Origin: Candidatus Sulfotelmatobacter sp.
GTDB taxonomy: Bacteria > Acidobacteriota > Terriglobia > Terriglobales > Acidobacteriaceae
Length of the DNA: 64,000 nucleotides
Direction: 5' to 3'
NCBI GenBank assembly: GCA_036490405.1
Contig: DASXDY010000059.1
Location: 10,941 to 74,940, forward strand
Position 1 is the first letter of the stretch. Every line of letters begins with the position of its first letter. This document shows, one piece after another, positions 51,373 to 59,911 of the stretch. A program made the position numbers and the translations under genes. The notes beneath the pieces were generated by a model. That model was not told the DNA's origin. It worked only from the letters and a program-made list of their open reading frames with translations, and ran no database searches.

Positions 51373-54039
51373 ATGAAACTCCGCATCGCCTTCGTGTGTA
51401 TTTTTCTGCTGGCAACTTTAGCTGCCGCTGCCGACAAGGCCGGCGGAGTTCCGCTCATTGACCGCGACCTGCTCTTCGGCAATCCTGAAATCGCGGCCGC
51501 CCAGCTTTCGCCCGACGGCAAATATCTCGCCTTCCTCAAGCCGTGGAAAGACACGCGCAACATCTACGTGAAGGCGACCAACGAGCCTTTCAGCGCCGCG
51601 CACCTGCTCACCACCGAGGCCCATCGCCCGGTCGCGGGATTCTTCTGGACGCGCGACAGCAAGTACGTCCTCTACGTCAAAGACAATGACGGAGACGAGA
51701 ACTTCAACATCTTCGCCGTCGATCCCGCTGCCAAGCCGGCTGCCGGCGCGGAAGCTCCGGCATCGCGCGATCTCACCGGACTCAAGGGTGTTCGAGTCGA
51801 AATCTTCGCAGTTCCCAAGAGCGACCCCGACACGATCTATATCGGCCTCAATGATCGCGACAAGGCCTGGCACGATCTCTACAAGCTGACGCTTTCGACG
51901 GGAAAGAAGGAACTCGTCCGCAAGAATACCGAGCGTATCACCGGATGGGTCTTCGACCTGAAAGGCAACCTGCGCATGGCGACGCGCAGCGCCGACAACG
52001 GCGATACCGAATTTCTCCGCGTAGACGCCGACGGCTTCACCAAGATTTACTCCTGTAACGTTTTTGAGACCTGCGGGCCGGTGCAGTTTCAGCCGGGAGA
52101 CCAGCGCGTTTACCTCGAAAGCAATAAAGATGCCGATCTGACTTCGCTGCAACTAATGGATCCGCAGACCGGCAAAACGGAAGTCGTCGAATCCGATCCG
52201 CTGGGCAAGGTCGATCTCGGCGGAGAGCTTTTCTCCGAAGCCAGCGACGAACTGGTCGAAACCTGGTACACCGCGGCACGCGTAAAAACGTATTACAAGA
52301 ACAAAGCCTTCGGCGATGACGTTCACTGGATCGAAAAGAAATTTCCCAATCACGAGATTCTGGTTGTTTCCCGCACGCGCGATGAACAACTCTGGCTGGT
52401 GACGGCGGAAAGTGACGTCGAACCCGGCGAGACCATGCTCTTCGACCGCAAGACCCATACGCTCACGCCCCAATACAAAGTCCGCGAAAGGCTGCCCCGC
52501 GCCGACCTGGCGCAAATGAAGCCGGTGAGCTACAAGTCTTCCGATGGCCTCGAGATTCCCGCTTATCTCACGCTTCCGAAGGGCGTCACGCCCAAGAACC
52601 TGCCCACGCTGATGCTTCCTCATGGCGGCCCGTGGGGACGCGATCAATGGGGCTACAACACTCTCGCCCAGTTTTTGGCCAACCGCGGCTACGCCGTGTT
52701 GGAGATGAATTTCCGCGGCTCGACCGGTTACGGGCGCAAGTTTCTTGACGCCGGCAATCTCGAGTGGGGCCGCAAGATGCAGGACGACATCACCTGGGGC
52801 GTGAAGTACCTGGTGAGCGAGGGCATCGCCGATCCCAAACGCGTCGGCATCATCGGCGGATCGTACGGCGGCTATGCCACGCTGGCGGGAGTGGCGTTTA
52901 CACCTGACGTCTATGCTGCGGCTGTGGACATTGTCGGCCCATCGAACCTGATCACGCTGCTCGACTCGATTCCGCCCTACTGGGAGCCGATCCGCAAGAT
53001 GTTCTACAAGCGCATGGGCGATCCGAATAATGCGGAAGGCAAGAAACTGCTGATGGAAGAATCGCCGCTCAACTCCGCCGACAAGATCCGAACGCCGCTT
53101 CTGGTCGCGCAGGGAGCCAACGATCCCCGGGTCAACCGCCGCGAGGCCGAGCAGATCGTGATCGCGCTCCGCGATCGCGGCTTCCCGGTCGAATACATTC
53201 TCGCTCCGGATGAAGGCCACGGCTTCGCGCGTCCCATCAACAATCTCGCGCTGTTCATGGCGTCGGAGAAGTTCTTCGCGAACCATCTCGGCGGCCGATA
53301 TCAGGAGGGTGGCACGGCCGAAGAGGTTGCGCGCCTGAAAGAAATCACGGTCGATCCGAAAACCGTCGTGCTGGCAAAGAAAGTGGACGCGGCCAGCGTC
53401 TCCGCGCCGAAGCCCGCCATGGACTTGCAGCCCGGCACCTACAAGTATCAGGTAAAGCTGGACATCGGCGGCCAGCAGATGAACATGAAACTCTCGACTG
53501 CCATTACGTCGGACGCTCTGGGCTGGAATGCGCTCGATACCCTCGATACGCCGCAGGGCGCCGTGACCGACGAGGCCACCATCGAGAAGGGAAGCCTGGT
53601 TCTTCTCAAGCGCAATATCAAGCAGGGCCCGATGGCGATCGACCTCAGCTTTGCCGGAAACAAGGCCGCGGGCACCATGAGCATGAATGGTCAGGACAAA
53701 CCCGTCGCCGTCGATCTCGGCGGACCATTATTCGCGGACGCCGCCGGCTCCGAGCAGGTGATCGCCTGCTTGCCCCTGGCCGAAGGCTACACCACAACCT
53801 TCCGCAACTTCGATGTGCAGTCGCAGAAGGTGAAGCTATTGCAACTCTCGGTTGGCGCAAAAGAAGACGTGACCGTTCCCGCAGGCACGTTCAAGGCGAC
53901 GAGGGTCGAAGTCTCCTCGGCCGACGGCGGCGCCGACAAGAAAACCGTATGGGTGGCTGATGATCACAAAGTCGTGAAGGTGAGCGCGGTGCTCGCTTCC
54001 ATGGGTGGTGCCGTGATGACGGCGGAGCTGACACAGTGA
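51373..54039 (+). CDS. S9-family serine peptidase (prolyl oligopeptidase/DPP type) with an extra C-terminal domain of about 240 aa
   Basis: Signal peptide, beta-propeller N-half, catalytic GGSYGGYA, later D and H (PDEGHGF). The extension after about aa 640 is unassigned. Confidence 0.85.
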   Translation: MKLRIAFVCIFLLATLAAAADKAGGVPLIDRDLLFGNPEIAAAQLSPDGKYLAFLKPWKDTRNIYVKATNEPFSAAHLLTTEAHRPVAGFFWTRDSKYVLYVKDNDGDENFNIFAVDPAAKPAAGAEAPASRDLTGLKGVRVEIFAVPKSDPDTIYIGLNDRDKAWHDLYKLTLSTGKKELVRKNTERITGWVFDLKGNLRMATRSADNGDTEFLRVDADGFTKIYSCNVFETCGPVQFQPGDQRVYLESNKDADLTSLQLMDPQTGKTEVVESDPLGKVDLGGELFSEASDELVETWYTAARVKTYYKNKAFGDDVHWIEKKFPNHEILVVSRTRDEQLWLVTAESDVEPGETMLFDRKTHTLTPQYKVRERLPRADLAQMKPVSYKSSDGLEIPAYLTLPKGVTPKNLPTLMLPHGGPWGRDQWGYNTLAQFLANRGYAVLEMNFRGSTGYGRKFLDAGNLEWGRKMQDDITWGVKYLVSEGIADPKRVGIIGGSYGGYATLAGVAFTPDVYAAAVDIVGPSNLITLLDSIPPYWEPIRKMFYKRMGDPNNAEGKKLLMEESPLNSADKIRTPLLVAQGANDPRVNRREAEQIVIALRDRGFPVEYILAPDEGHGFARPINNLALFMASEKFFANHLGGRYQEGGTAEEVARLKEITVDPKTVVLAKKVDAASVSAPKPAMDLQPGTYKYQVKLDIGGQQMNMKLSTAITSDALGWNALDTLDTPQGAVTDEATIEKGSLVLLKRNIKQGPMAIDLSFAGNKAAGTMSMNGQDKPVAVDLGGPLFADAAGSEQVIACLPLAEGYTTTFRNFDVQSQKVKLLQLSVGAKEDVTVPAGTFKATRVEVSSADGGADKKTVWVADDHKVVKVSAVLASMGGAVMTAELTQ

Positions 54040-54369
54040 GATCTGGACGACATTGAACCTATTCTGGGGCAACGGCGGGAAAGTCTTCCACAGCGCGACG
54101 TACCAGAAGTGGTGCAATAGCGGCGCAAGAGCCTGAGCTAAAAGGAGATGCGAGCGGGAGGGACATGTTGAAAAACTGTTGCGTAACTTCTTTTGATTCA
54201 ATAACTTAGCGGCAGCAATTAAACCGATTTATCTCGCCGCTGGCGGCGCCTTGTACTTCGATGAACAGTACCTCATCGCGGGTCACAATCTTCTCTCTGA
54301 GAGCCTCTGACGCTCAGCAATGGGTATTCCCCGAATCGTCCGGCGCAGGATCCCCAGGATAAGATTCAT

Positions 54370-54756
54370 TTACCGGATCACGTGGATCCGTACGCCGAGT
54401 TTCAGGTTTCTCCAAGACCTGTCTGCGGCATAGACAGGGGCGTCCAGTCCCAGAGCGAGAGCGAGGCAGGCGCGATCTCCCAGCGAGAGTCCGAGAGGAC
54501 GGGTTTGGGAGATTAGACTGCCGGCTCTCTCGGCTTGTTCGGCAGTGAATGGAACTATGTGGTCAATCATCCCGGTCGTGTCTCGCCACGCTTCATCTGG
54601 CGCCCAGCCCTTGGATACGAGTTTGCCCTGGACTTCCGCAAGATTGACGGTGCTCACGGATGCATTGGCGAGCAATTCCGGCGCCAGTTTTTCCCAGCCC
54701 GGCTCTTGCTGGATTAATGCCAGGATCGCCGACGCATCGAGCACAATCCTACTCAC
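54370..54756 (-). CDS. vapC: type II toxin VapC (PIN domain)
   Basis: MSRIVLDASAILALI with PIN acidic residues. Overlaps vapB by 8 nt. Confidence 0.85.
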   Translation of the reverse strand: MSRIVLDASAILALIQQEPGWEKLAPELLANASVSTVNLAEVQGKLVSKGWAPDEAWRDTTGMIDHIVPFTAEQAERAGSLISQTRPLGLSLGDRACLALALGLDAPVYAADRSWRNLKLGVRIHVIR

Positions 54757-55006
54757 GTTCGCGCTTGGCCGCCTGGCGGCGCTCCGCGATTAATTCATCC
54801 GCCAGCGACACGCCTGGCTTGATGTATTTTCGAGCGTGCCGCTGCGCACGCTCGATATTGCGTTTCATGGTTGTGATGCGCAGTTCGTCGTCTTCCATGC
54901 GCAGGATGACTTCTCCCCCGGCATCGATGCCCAGGGCCTTTCGAAAGGCCGCGGGGATGACCACCCTGCCGTTTTCATTCACTTTGATTCGGGTTTCTTC
55001 CGGCAT
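54749..55006 (-). CDS. vapB: type II antitoxin VapB (AbrB/SpoVT-MazE fold)
   Basis: KVNENGRVVIPAAFRKALGIDAGGEVILRMEDDELRI swapped-hairpin motif plus a basic tail. Confidence 0.85.
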   Translation of the reverse strand: MPEETRIKVNENGRVVIPAAFRKALGIDAGGEVILRMEDDELRITTMKRNIERAQRHARKYIKPGVSLADELIAERRQAAKRERE

Positions 55007-55020
55007 GGCAGGTGTACCTC

Positions 55021-55068
55021 AATATGACATTATTCTATGTAAATGTCATATTTGTAGCAATATGTCAT
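55021..55068 (-). promoter_or_regulatory. AT-rich vapBC promoter region with ATGACAT/ATGTCAT operator repeats
   Basis: AATATGACAT (55021-30) and ATGTCATATT (55043-52) form a perfect 10-bp inverted repeat. A third ATATGTCAT lies at 55060-68. Confidence 0.55.
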
Positions 55069-55103
55069 TTCCTTGCATTCAGTGTCAAAAATGGCGGGGG
55101 ATC

Positions 55104-55223
55104 GGTAGTGGTGCAATTTGGCTCGCGCGCCGGGCCGATACAGAATGAGATCCTTCGCTCCGCCCGAAAAGCGGCTCCGCTCAGGATGACTCCGCCGGCT
55201 AGAGGTCAAACCGCACCACTACC
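55104..55223. repeat. MITE-like element, about 120-bp class (copy C)
   Basis: Termini GGTAGTGGTGCAATTTGGC and GTCAAACCGCACCACTACC are inverted. Contains GAGATCCTTCGCTCCGCCC...CTCAGGATGAC. Reverse complement of copy D. Confidence 0.75.
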
Positions 55224-55231
55224 GGGAGATC

Positions 55232-55603
55232 TCAGGCGAATGCAATCTCCAGGAAAGCATCGGCGCGTGAAAACGGCGAAGTCAGCCGCGCCAGCAGGTA
55301 TTTACGGTTGATGGTCTGCCGCGCGCGCTTCTGGTCTTCTGGCGGCAGGATGCGCGCGCTCGCAGCGAAGTCCGGGCCGGTGACTTTCCCACGAAACGTG
55401 CACGGCGCAACCCGCACCTGCGGATTGTTGCGCACCCGCTTGGTCTTGCCCATCTTGCTGAGAGTCATCACATAAAGCTTGCCGTCTTCCTCTCCAAACC
55501 ACACCGGGGTCGCAACGCCGGCGCCATTCTTGCGGAAGGTTGTGAGCGAAATGTATTTCTGCTTTTGGATCGCGGCTGGAATCTGGCTGGCCATGGTCTC
55601 CAT
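55232..55603 (-). CDS. PPOX-class (F420/FMN-binding split-barrel) family protein
   Basis: KYISLTTFRKNGAGVATPVWFGEEDGKLYVMT...KRVRNNPQVRVAPC pattern. Start at ATG 55603 or 55594. Confidence 0.7.
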   Translation of the reverse strand: METMASQIPAAIQKQKYISLTTFRKNGAGVATPVWFGEEDGKLYVMTLSKMGKTKRVRNNPQVRVAPCTFRGKVTGPDFAASARILPPEDQKRARQTINRKYLLARLTSPFSRADAFLEIAFA

Positions 55604-55813
55604 TGTAGTTGCGTCGAATGTGAGCGGGCACCCCTGCCCGATGATCTTTTTCGACCTGGCAGGGACTTTACGAGGAACCCTGATCAAAAGCTTCGAGCTG
55701 CACTCGACGGACAGCCGAAGGCCCTTGTTCCTGCATGTTTCTTTGTCACTTGTGGTTCGCGATGTGTCTACCCCGATTGCTCCCGTCGCATCAACTGTGT
55801 TACAAGCCTGAAC

Positions 55814-56737
55814 ATGCGTAAATGGATGCGCGAGCGCTTGCAGCGCCGCAAAAAGAAGGATCCGGAGCAGGCCAGCCAGGCCGCTCCTCCGCCGTTGCAG
55901 CCGGCTTATTTCGATGCCGGCGAGCCGTCAGAGTCTGCGCCGGACTCCGCCAGCGAAAACGAAGCGCCCATGGCAGAGCGGGAATTGGAATCGCCCGCCT
56001 CTGCCGAGGATTCGGCTCCGGTGGAGAACGATGCACAACCGGCTGCCTCGGCGCCGTCGGGGAATTCAGGAGGGCCGCGGGCTCGTGGACGCCGCCGTCG
56101 CGGAGGCCGCGGCCGCGGGGGCCGGGGCAGAGAGCAGGCCGTTGCTCAGGCATTCGCTCCCGCTGCGGGCAAAGAAAACACCGCCGACGCCGCAGAGCAA
56201 GCGTCGGACGAAGGCGCTGCGGAAGAACCGAGCTCTGAACCTGAAGTTCCCGCTGTTCCCGCCGCGGCGGCGCGTGCGCCAAAGGGAATCGTGGTTCTCG
56301 CGATCGGCCTGCCCGGGTCGGGCAAGAGTTCCTGGTTCAAGCGCAAGAACGTGGTGCCGCTGTCGAGCGACATGGTGCGTTCGCTTTTGTTCGATGACGT
56401 ACGCGAGCAGCGCTATCAGGACCTGGTGTTTTCCAATCTGCGCTCCATGCTCAAGGCGCGCCTGATCGCCAGGCGTCCCATGAACTATGTCGACGCGACC
56501 AACCTGACGCCGCAGGAGCGCCAGCACTGGATCAAGCTGGCGAAAGATTACGAATACGAAGTGCATGCCGTGTTTTTCGACGTGCCGCTGGAGGTTTGCA
56601 TCGAGCGGCATCAGCGCCGTGACCGGGTCGTGCCCGAAGACGTCATGCGCCGCATGGCTGCCAAACTGAAGGCCCCCGGTTTTCCGGAAGGCTTCGCGAA
56701 GATTACCGTGGTGCGGGTGAAAAAAAAGGTGGAGTAA
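55814..56737 (+). CDS. P-loop kinase (AAA_33 / polynucleotide-kinase-like) with a disordered N-terminus carrying an RGG box
   Basis: N-terminal 150 aa are Ala/Pro/Glu-rich with PRARGRRRRGGRGRGGRGR. C-terminus has GLPGSGKSS Walker A and DATNLTPQERQHW...VFFDVPLEVCIERHQRRDR. Confidence 0.75.
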   Translation: MRKWMRERLQRRKKKDPEQASQAAPPPLQPAYFDAGEPSESAPDSASENEAPMAERELESPASAEDSAPVENDAQPAASAPSGNSGGPRARGRRRRGGRGRGGRGREQAVAQAFAPAAGKENTADAAEQASDEGAAEEPSSEPEVPAVPAAAARAPKGIVVLAIGLPGSGKSSWFKRKNVVPLSSDMVRSLLFDDVREQRYQDLVFSNLRSMLKARLIARRPMNYVDATNLTPQERQHWIKLAKDYEYEVHAVFFDVPLEVCIERHQRRDRVVPEDVMRRMAAKLKAPGFPEGFAKITVVRVKKKVE

Positions 56738-56762
56738 GCGCTTTCGAAGATCATTTACCTCA

Positions 56763-56792
56763 GGGGGCACAGAGGACCACAGAGGAATAACC
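56763..56792 (-). repeat. repeat family 2 copy (reverse orientation)
   Basis: GGGGGCACAGAGGACCACAGAGGAATAACC is the reverse complement of ..CCTCTGTGGTCCTCTGTGCCCCC. Confidence 0.6.
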
Positions 56793-56898
56793 AGAAAGGG
56801 AATTCCAGAAAGGGGACCACCCTCTCCAACCTCTGGGGATAATTTTGATCGGAGACAGGCCGAGCCAATCCGCAACTGCCTCCGCAACTGCCTTGGTG

Positions 56899-56927
56899 TT
56901 GACCTCAATTCACCGGAACCATAGAAT
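56899..56927 (+). promoter_or_regulatory. sigma-70-like promoter for tRNA-Gln
   Basis: TTGACC (56899-904), 17-nt spacer, TAGAAT (56922-27). The tRNA starts about 40 nt downstream. Confidence 0.5.
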
Positions 56928-56968
56928 CAAAAGCGAGCCGGTATTGCAGGCTGTTCCACTCAAAGAAC

Positions 56969-57043
56969 TGCCCCCTCGTTCAACGGCTAGGACACCTGCC
57001 TCTGGAGCAGGCTATCGGGGTTCGAATCCCTGGGGGGCAGCCA
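56969..57043 (+). tRNA. tRNA-Gln (anticodon CUG)
   Basis: TGCCCCC...GGGGGCA acceptor with a U1-A72 pair, anticodon loop CTCTGGA, T-loop TTCGAAT, encoded CCA. Confidence 0.9.
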
Positions 57044-57155
57044 ATCTCTTTTCGATCACTTGCCTTGTAAGGAACGGTCCTCGCTGCCCAGTAACGGCAT
57101 TCCTTCACTGGTCCAATCAGTGAGATCCAACCTGAGCCGGCGCAAATTCCAGTTG

Positions 57156-57527
57156 TTAAGTGCGGGCAGTTTTCAGCAGCGATTCCGCTTTAGGAAGAAG
57201 GTGGGCTGCGGCTTGGTCTTTCGAGACCACCGCCGTGACCCCCTCTGCGAGAGCTTGTTCGGTAAACAACTGATTCGCAAACATGGTGAACATGAGGATC
57301 GGGGTTTGAGGAAGTAGCTTCCTCAACAGGGGAGCGGCTTCCAGCCCATTCATGACCGGCATGGAGTAATCGAGCACGATGAGGTCGGGTTTCAGGCGCT
57401 CGGCTTCCGCGACGGCCTGCTGGCCGTTTTCCGACTCCGAGCAAACAAAGCCAGCGCCCTCGAACATTTCGCGCAAGAGTCTGCGTATGACTCGATTGTC
57501 ATCCACGAGCAAAATGGAATGAGGCAT
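57156..57527 (-). CDS. stand-alone response regulator receiver (CheY-like)
   Basis: ILLVDDN, LIVLDYSMPVMNG (phospho-Asp) and a conserved T/K context. No output domain. Confidence 0.85.
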   Translation of the reverse strand: MPHSILLVDDNRVIRRLLREMFEGAGFVCSESENGQQAVAEAERLKPDLIVLDYSMPVMNGLEAAPLLRKLLPQTPILMFTMFANQLFTEQALAEGVTAVVSKDQAAAHLLPKAESLLKTART

Positions 57528-57793
57528 GGCGGGTCTCCGGACTATCGCCTAGAAACAAGAGACCGTCGCCCAGAATTAAGCTCGTCGGAGAGTTGTAGTA
57601 GACGATCCGATCGTAGCAAAAATCGTGGCCCACGAGTATACGGATTTTGCTGTACCCACTGGCTGTGCCAGAAGGATGGACCCCGGCACTTTGCCGTTGA
57701 TGGGGACGGGGCAGCCGGCGCCGGTCCGCGCTTCTTCTGCTGAAATGTCGATATCGAATAATAGTCGCCGGCTGGGGCGTGCGCCAGCGCCGC

Positions 57794-57833
57794 TTGACAC
57801 TGGAACCATATTTCTGCAATTATCGAAATATGG
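57794..57833 (+). promoter_or_regulatory. arsR promoter (-35 TTGACA) with a 9-bp inverted-repeat operator overlapping the start codon
   Basis: TTGACA at 57794-99. CCATATTTC (57806-14) and GAAATATGG (57825-33) are perfect reverse complements. AATTAT lies 18 nt after the -35. Confidence 0.5.
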
Positions 57834-58192
57834 CACAAGCCCAGGCCCAAGCTAAGAAAACCTCCGAGCAGATCGCCCGATACGCCGACATGTTTTCGGC
57901 GATGGGCACGGAGGCCAGACTGCGCATCATGCAAGTGCTGCTGTCGGCGCACCCGGAAGGGATGGTCGTCGGAGAGATCCAGGAAGAACTGGACATTCCA
58001 AATTCGACGCTTTCGCACCATCTCGACAAACTCCGGAACGAAGGCCTGGTCGACGTCCGCCGCGAAAGCACGTTTCTGCGCTACACCGCCAATACAGAAG
58101 CGCTGCAAGAGATTTTGCAGTTCCTGTATTCCGAGTGCTGTACGCGTAACAAAGCGCTGAAGCCGCGCGACATTATTCAGATTTGCAGATAG
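57830..58192 (+). CDS. arsR: ArsR/SmtB-family metalloregulator
   Basis: FSAMGTEARLRIMQVLL...VGEIQEELDIPNSTLSHHLDKLRNEGLV winged HTH. C-terminal Cys pair (SECC). Confidence 0.85.
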   Translation: MAQAQAQAKKTSEQIARYADMFSAMGTEARLRIMQVLLSAHPEGMVVGEIQEELDIPNSTLSHHLDKLRNEGLVDVRRESTFLRYTANTEALQEILQFLYSECCTRNKALKPRDIIQICR

Positions 58193-58201
58193 GAGAATCC
58201 C

Positions 58202-59095
58202 ATGAGCAGCACGGACATCGAGAGCGGTATCAAGGAGATCGTCAAGGAAAAATACGGGCAGGCAGCGTTGCGCGTAAGGGCCACGACGGGCGGAAGCAGT
58301 TGCTGCGGAGCTGCGGCCGGTGAAATCGGGCAGTGCGATCCGATTACCTCCAACCTGTATGACGAATCGCAGACCGCTGGAATCCCAGAGGATGCCGTAC
58401 TGGCGTCGCTCGGTTGCGGCAATCCGACTGCATTGGCGCAGCTTCATCCCGGGGAGACTGTGCTCGATCTCGGATCGGGCGGAGGAATTGACGTTCTGCT
58501 GTCGGCCAGGCGAGTGGGGCCAACAGGGAAGGCATACGGGCTCGACATGACGGACGAGATGCTGGCACTCGCCAATGAGAACAAGCGAAAAGCCGGCGCT
58601 GAGAATGTGGAGTTTCTCAAGGGCGAAATCGAGAGCATCCCGCTGCCGGACAATTCCGTCGATGTGATCATCTCGAATTGCGTGATCAATCTCTCGGCCG
58701 ACAAGGACCGCGTGCTGCGCGAGGCTTACCGGGTATTGAAGCCGGGAGGCCGGGTGGCGGTTTCGGACGTGGTGACGCGTGGCGCCATTCCAGAAGAAAT
58801 CCGGCAAAAGGTTTTGCTTTGGGTCGGTTGCATTGCGGGAGCGCTGGACGAGAGCGACTACCGTTCCAAGCTCAAGGCCGCGGGATTCGAGCAGATCGAG
58901 GTCGAACCCACACGGATTTACCGCATTGCGGACGCACGAGAGTTTCTCGCTTCCGCAGGAGTCGACGTGGATGCAATGGCGGCCCAGGTGGACGAGAAAT
59001 TCCTGAGCGCATTCATTCGCGCGGTAAAACCTTATGCCGTCAAATCGGAGACGGCTGCTGTGCAGCCGTGTTGCGGGCCGACCTGCTGCAATTAG
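58202..59095 (+). CDS. arsM: arsenite S-adenosylmethionine methyltransferase
   Basis: YGQAAL..SSCCG, LGCGNP, VLDLGSGGGID SAM motif, ISNCVINL, WVGCIAGAL. Cys-rich tail CCGPTCC. Confidence 0.85.
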   Translation: MSSTDIESGIKEIVKEKYGQAALRVRATTGGSSCCGAAAGEIGQCDPITSNLYDESQTAGIPEDAVLASLGCGNPTALAQLHPGETVLDLGSGGGIDVLLSARRVGPTGKAYGLDMTDEMLALANENKRKAGAENVEFLKGEIESIPLPDNSVDVIISNCVINLSADKDRVLREAYRVLKPGGRVAVSDVVTRGAIPEEIRQKVLLWVGCIAGALDESDYRSKLKAAGFEQIEVEPTRIYRIADAREFLASAGVDVDAMAAQVDEKFLSAFIRAVKPYAVKSETAAVQPCCGPTCCN

Positions 59096-59251
59096 CCAGT
59101 ATCCGCCTCGTAAATTATTTGCGGGGCTTGATGGCGCGCGCGGTCAGTGCCGGGGTTTGTCGGCAGCGAGGGGTTCTGGCATCAGAGGTTGCGGGGAACG
59201 TCCGGCAAAACGCAACACGGGGCTGAAGCCCGAATCGATTCTGCATGCTGG

Positions 59252-59280
59252 CGCGGCGCTGAAGCGCCGCTCTTCCACGG
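59252..59280 (+). repeat. short repeat family 3, copy 2
   Basis: CGCGGCGCTGAAGCGCCGCTCTTCCACGG in the 268-bp arsM-arsC spacer. Confidence 0.7.
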
Positions 59281-59363
59281 CGCTGCACGCCCTTGGGAGT
59301 TTTTCAGCAACGCTGTTAAGCCGTTCGGCTCATGAGCCAGTTCCACAAGAAAAGGGAGCCACC

Positions 59364-59894
59364 ATGGAACCACACTACAACGTGCTGTTTCTCTGCACCG
59401 GCAACTCGGCGCGTTCGATTCTGGCCGAGGCCATTTTGAACTTCAAGGGGAAACCAAAGTTCACGGCTTACAGCGCCGGCAGCCATCCCACGGGCGCGGT
59501 CCGTCCGGAAGCCTTGCGGCAACTCGAACAGGCGCACATCCCTACGGAAGGCCTGCGCAGCAAGAGTTGGGAGGAGTTCTCTCCAGCAGGGTCTTCAGGA
59601 CAACGACCGCCCGATCTTGATTTCGTGATCACCGTCTGCGACAACGCCGCCAATGAAGTCTGCCCGGTGTGGCCCGGACAGCCGGTGACGGCCCATTGGG
59701 GAGTTCCCGATCCCGCGGCGGCGCAAGGCAGCAAAGCGGAGATTGAGCGAGCTTTCCGGGAAGCGTTTTTCCTGCTCGACCGGAGGATCAGTCTGTTTCT
59801 ATCTCTCCCGTTTAAGGCCCTCGACAATCTGGCGCTCAAGAAAGAGCTCGACCGGATCGCGCAAACCACATCGCCTATCGCTCAAGTGAAGTGA
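59364..59894 (+). CDS. arsC: arsenate reductase, LMW-PTPase (thioredoxin-coupled) type
   Basis: [12 protein letters not shown]-loop plus [14 protein letters not shown] downstream cysteines. AAAGGGAG SD. Confidence 0.85.
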   Translation: MEPHYNVLFLCTGNSARSILAEAILNFKGKPKFTAYSAGSHPTGAVRPEALRQLEQAHIPTEGLRSKSWEEFSPAGSSGQRPPDLDFVITVCDNAANEVCPVWPGQPVTAHWGVPDPAAAQGSKAEIERAFREAFFLLDRRISLFLSLPFKALDNLALKKELDRIAQTTSPIAQVK

Positions 59895-59911
59895 CTGCAA
59901 AGGACCGCCGG

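Noticed and set aside
54206-54290. Short minus-strand frame ..KIVTRDEVLFIEVQGAASGEINRFNCCR, possibly a gene remnant downstream of vapC.
   Set aside because: It covers only about 30 codons with no start codon or recognisable domain. It cannot be distinguished from chance.
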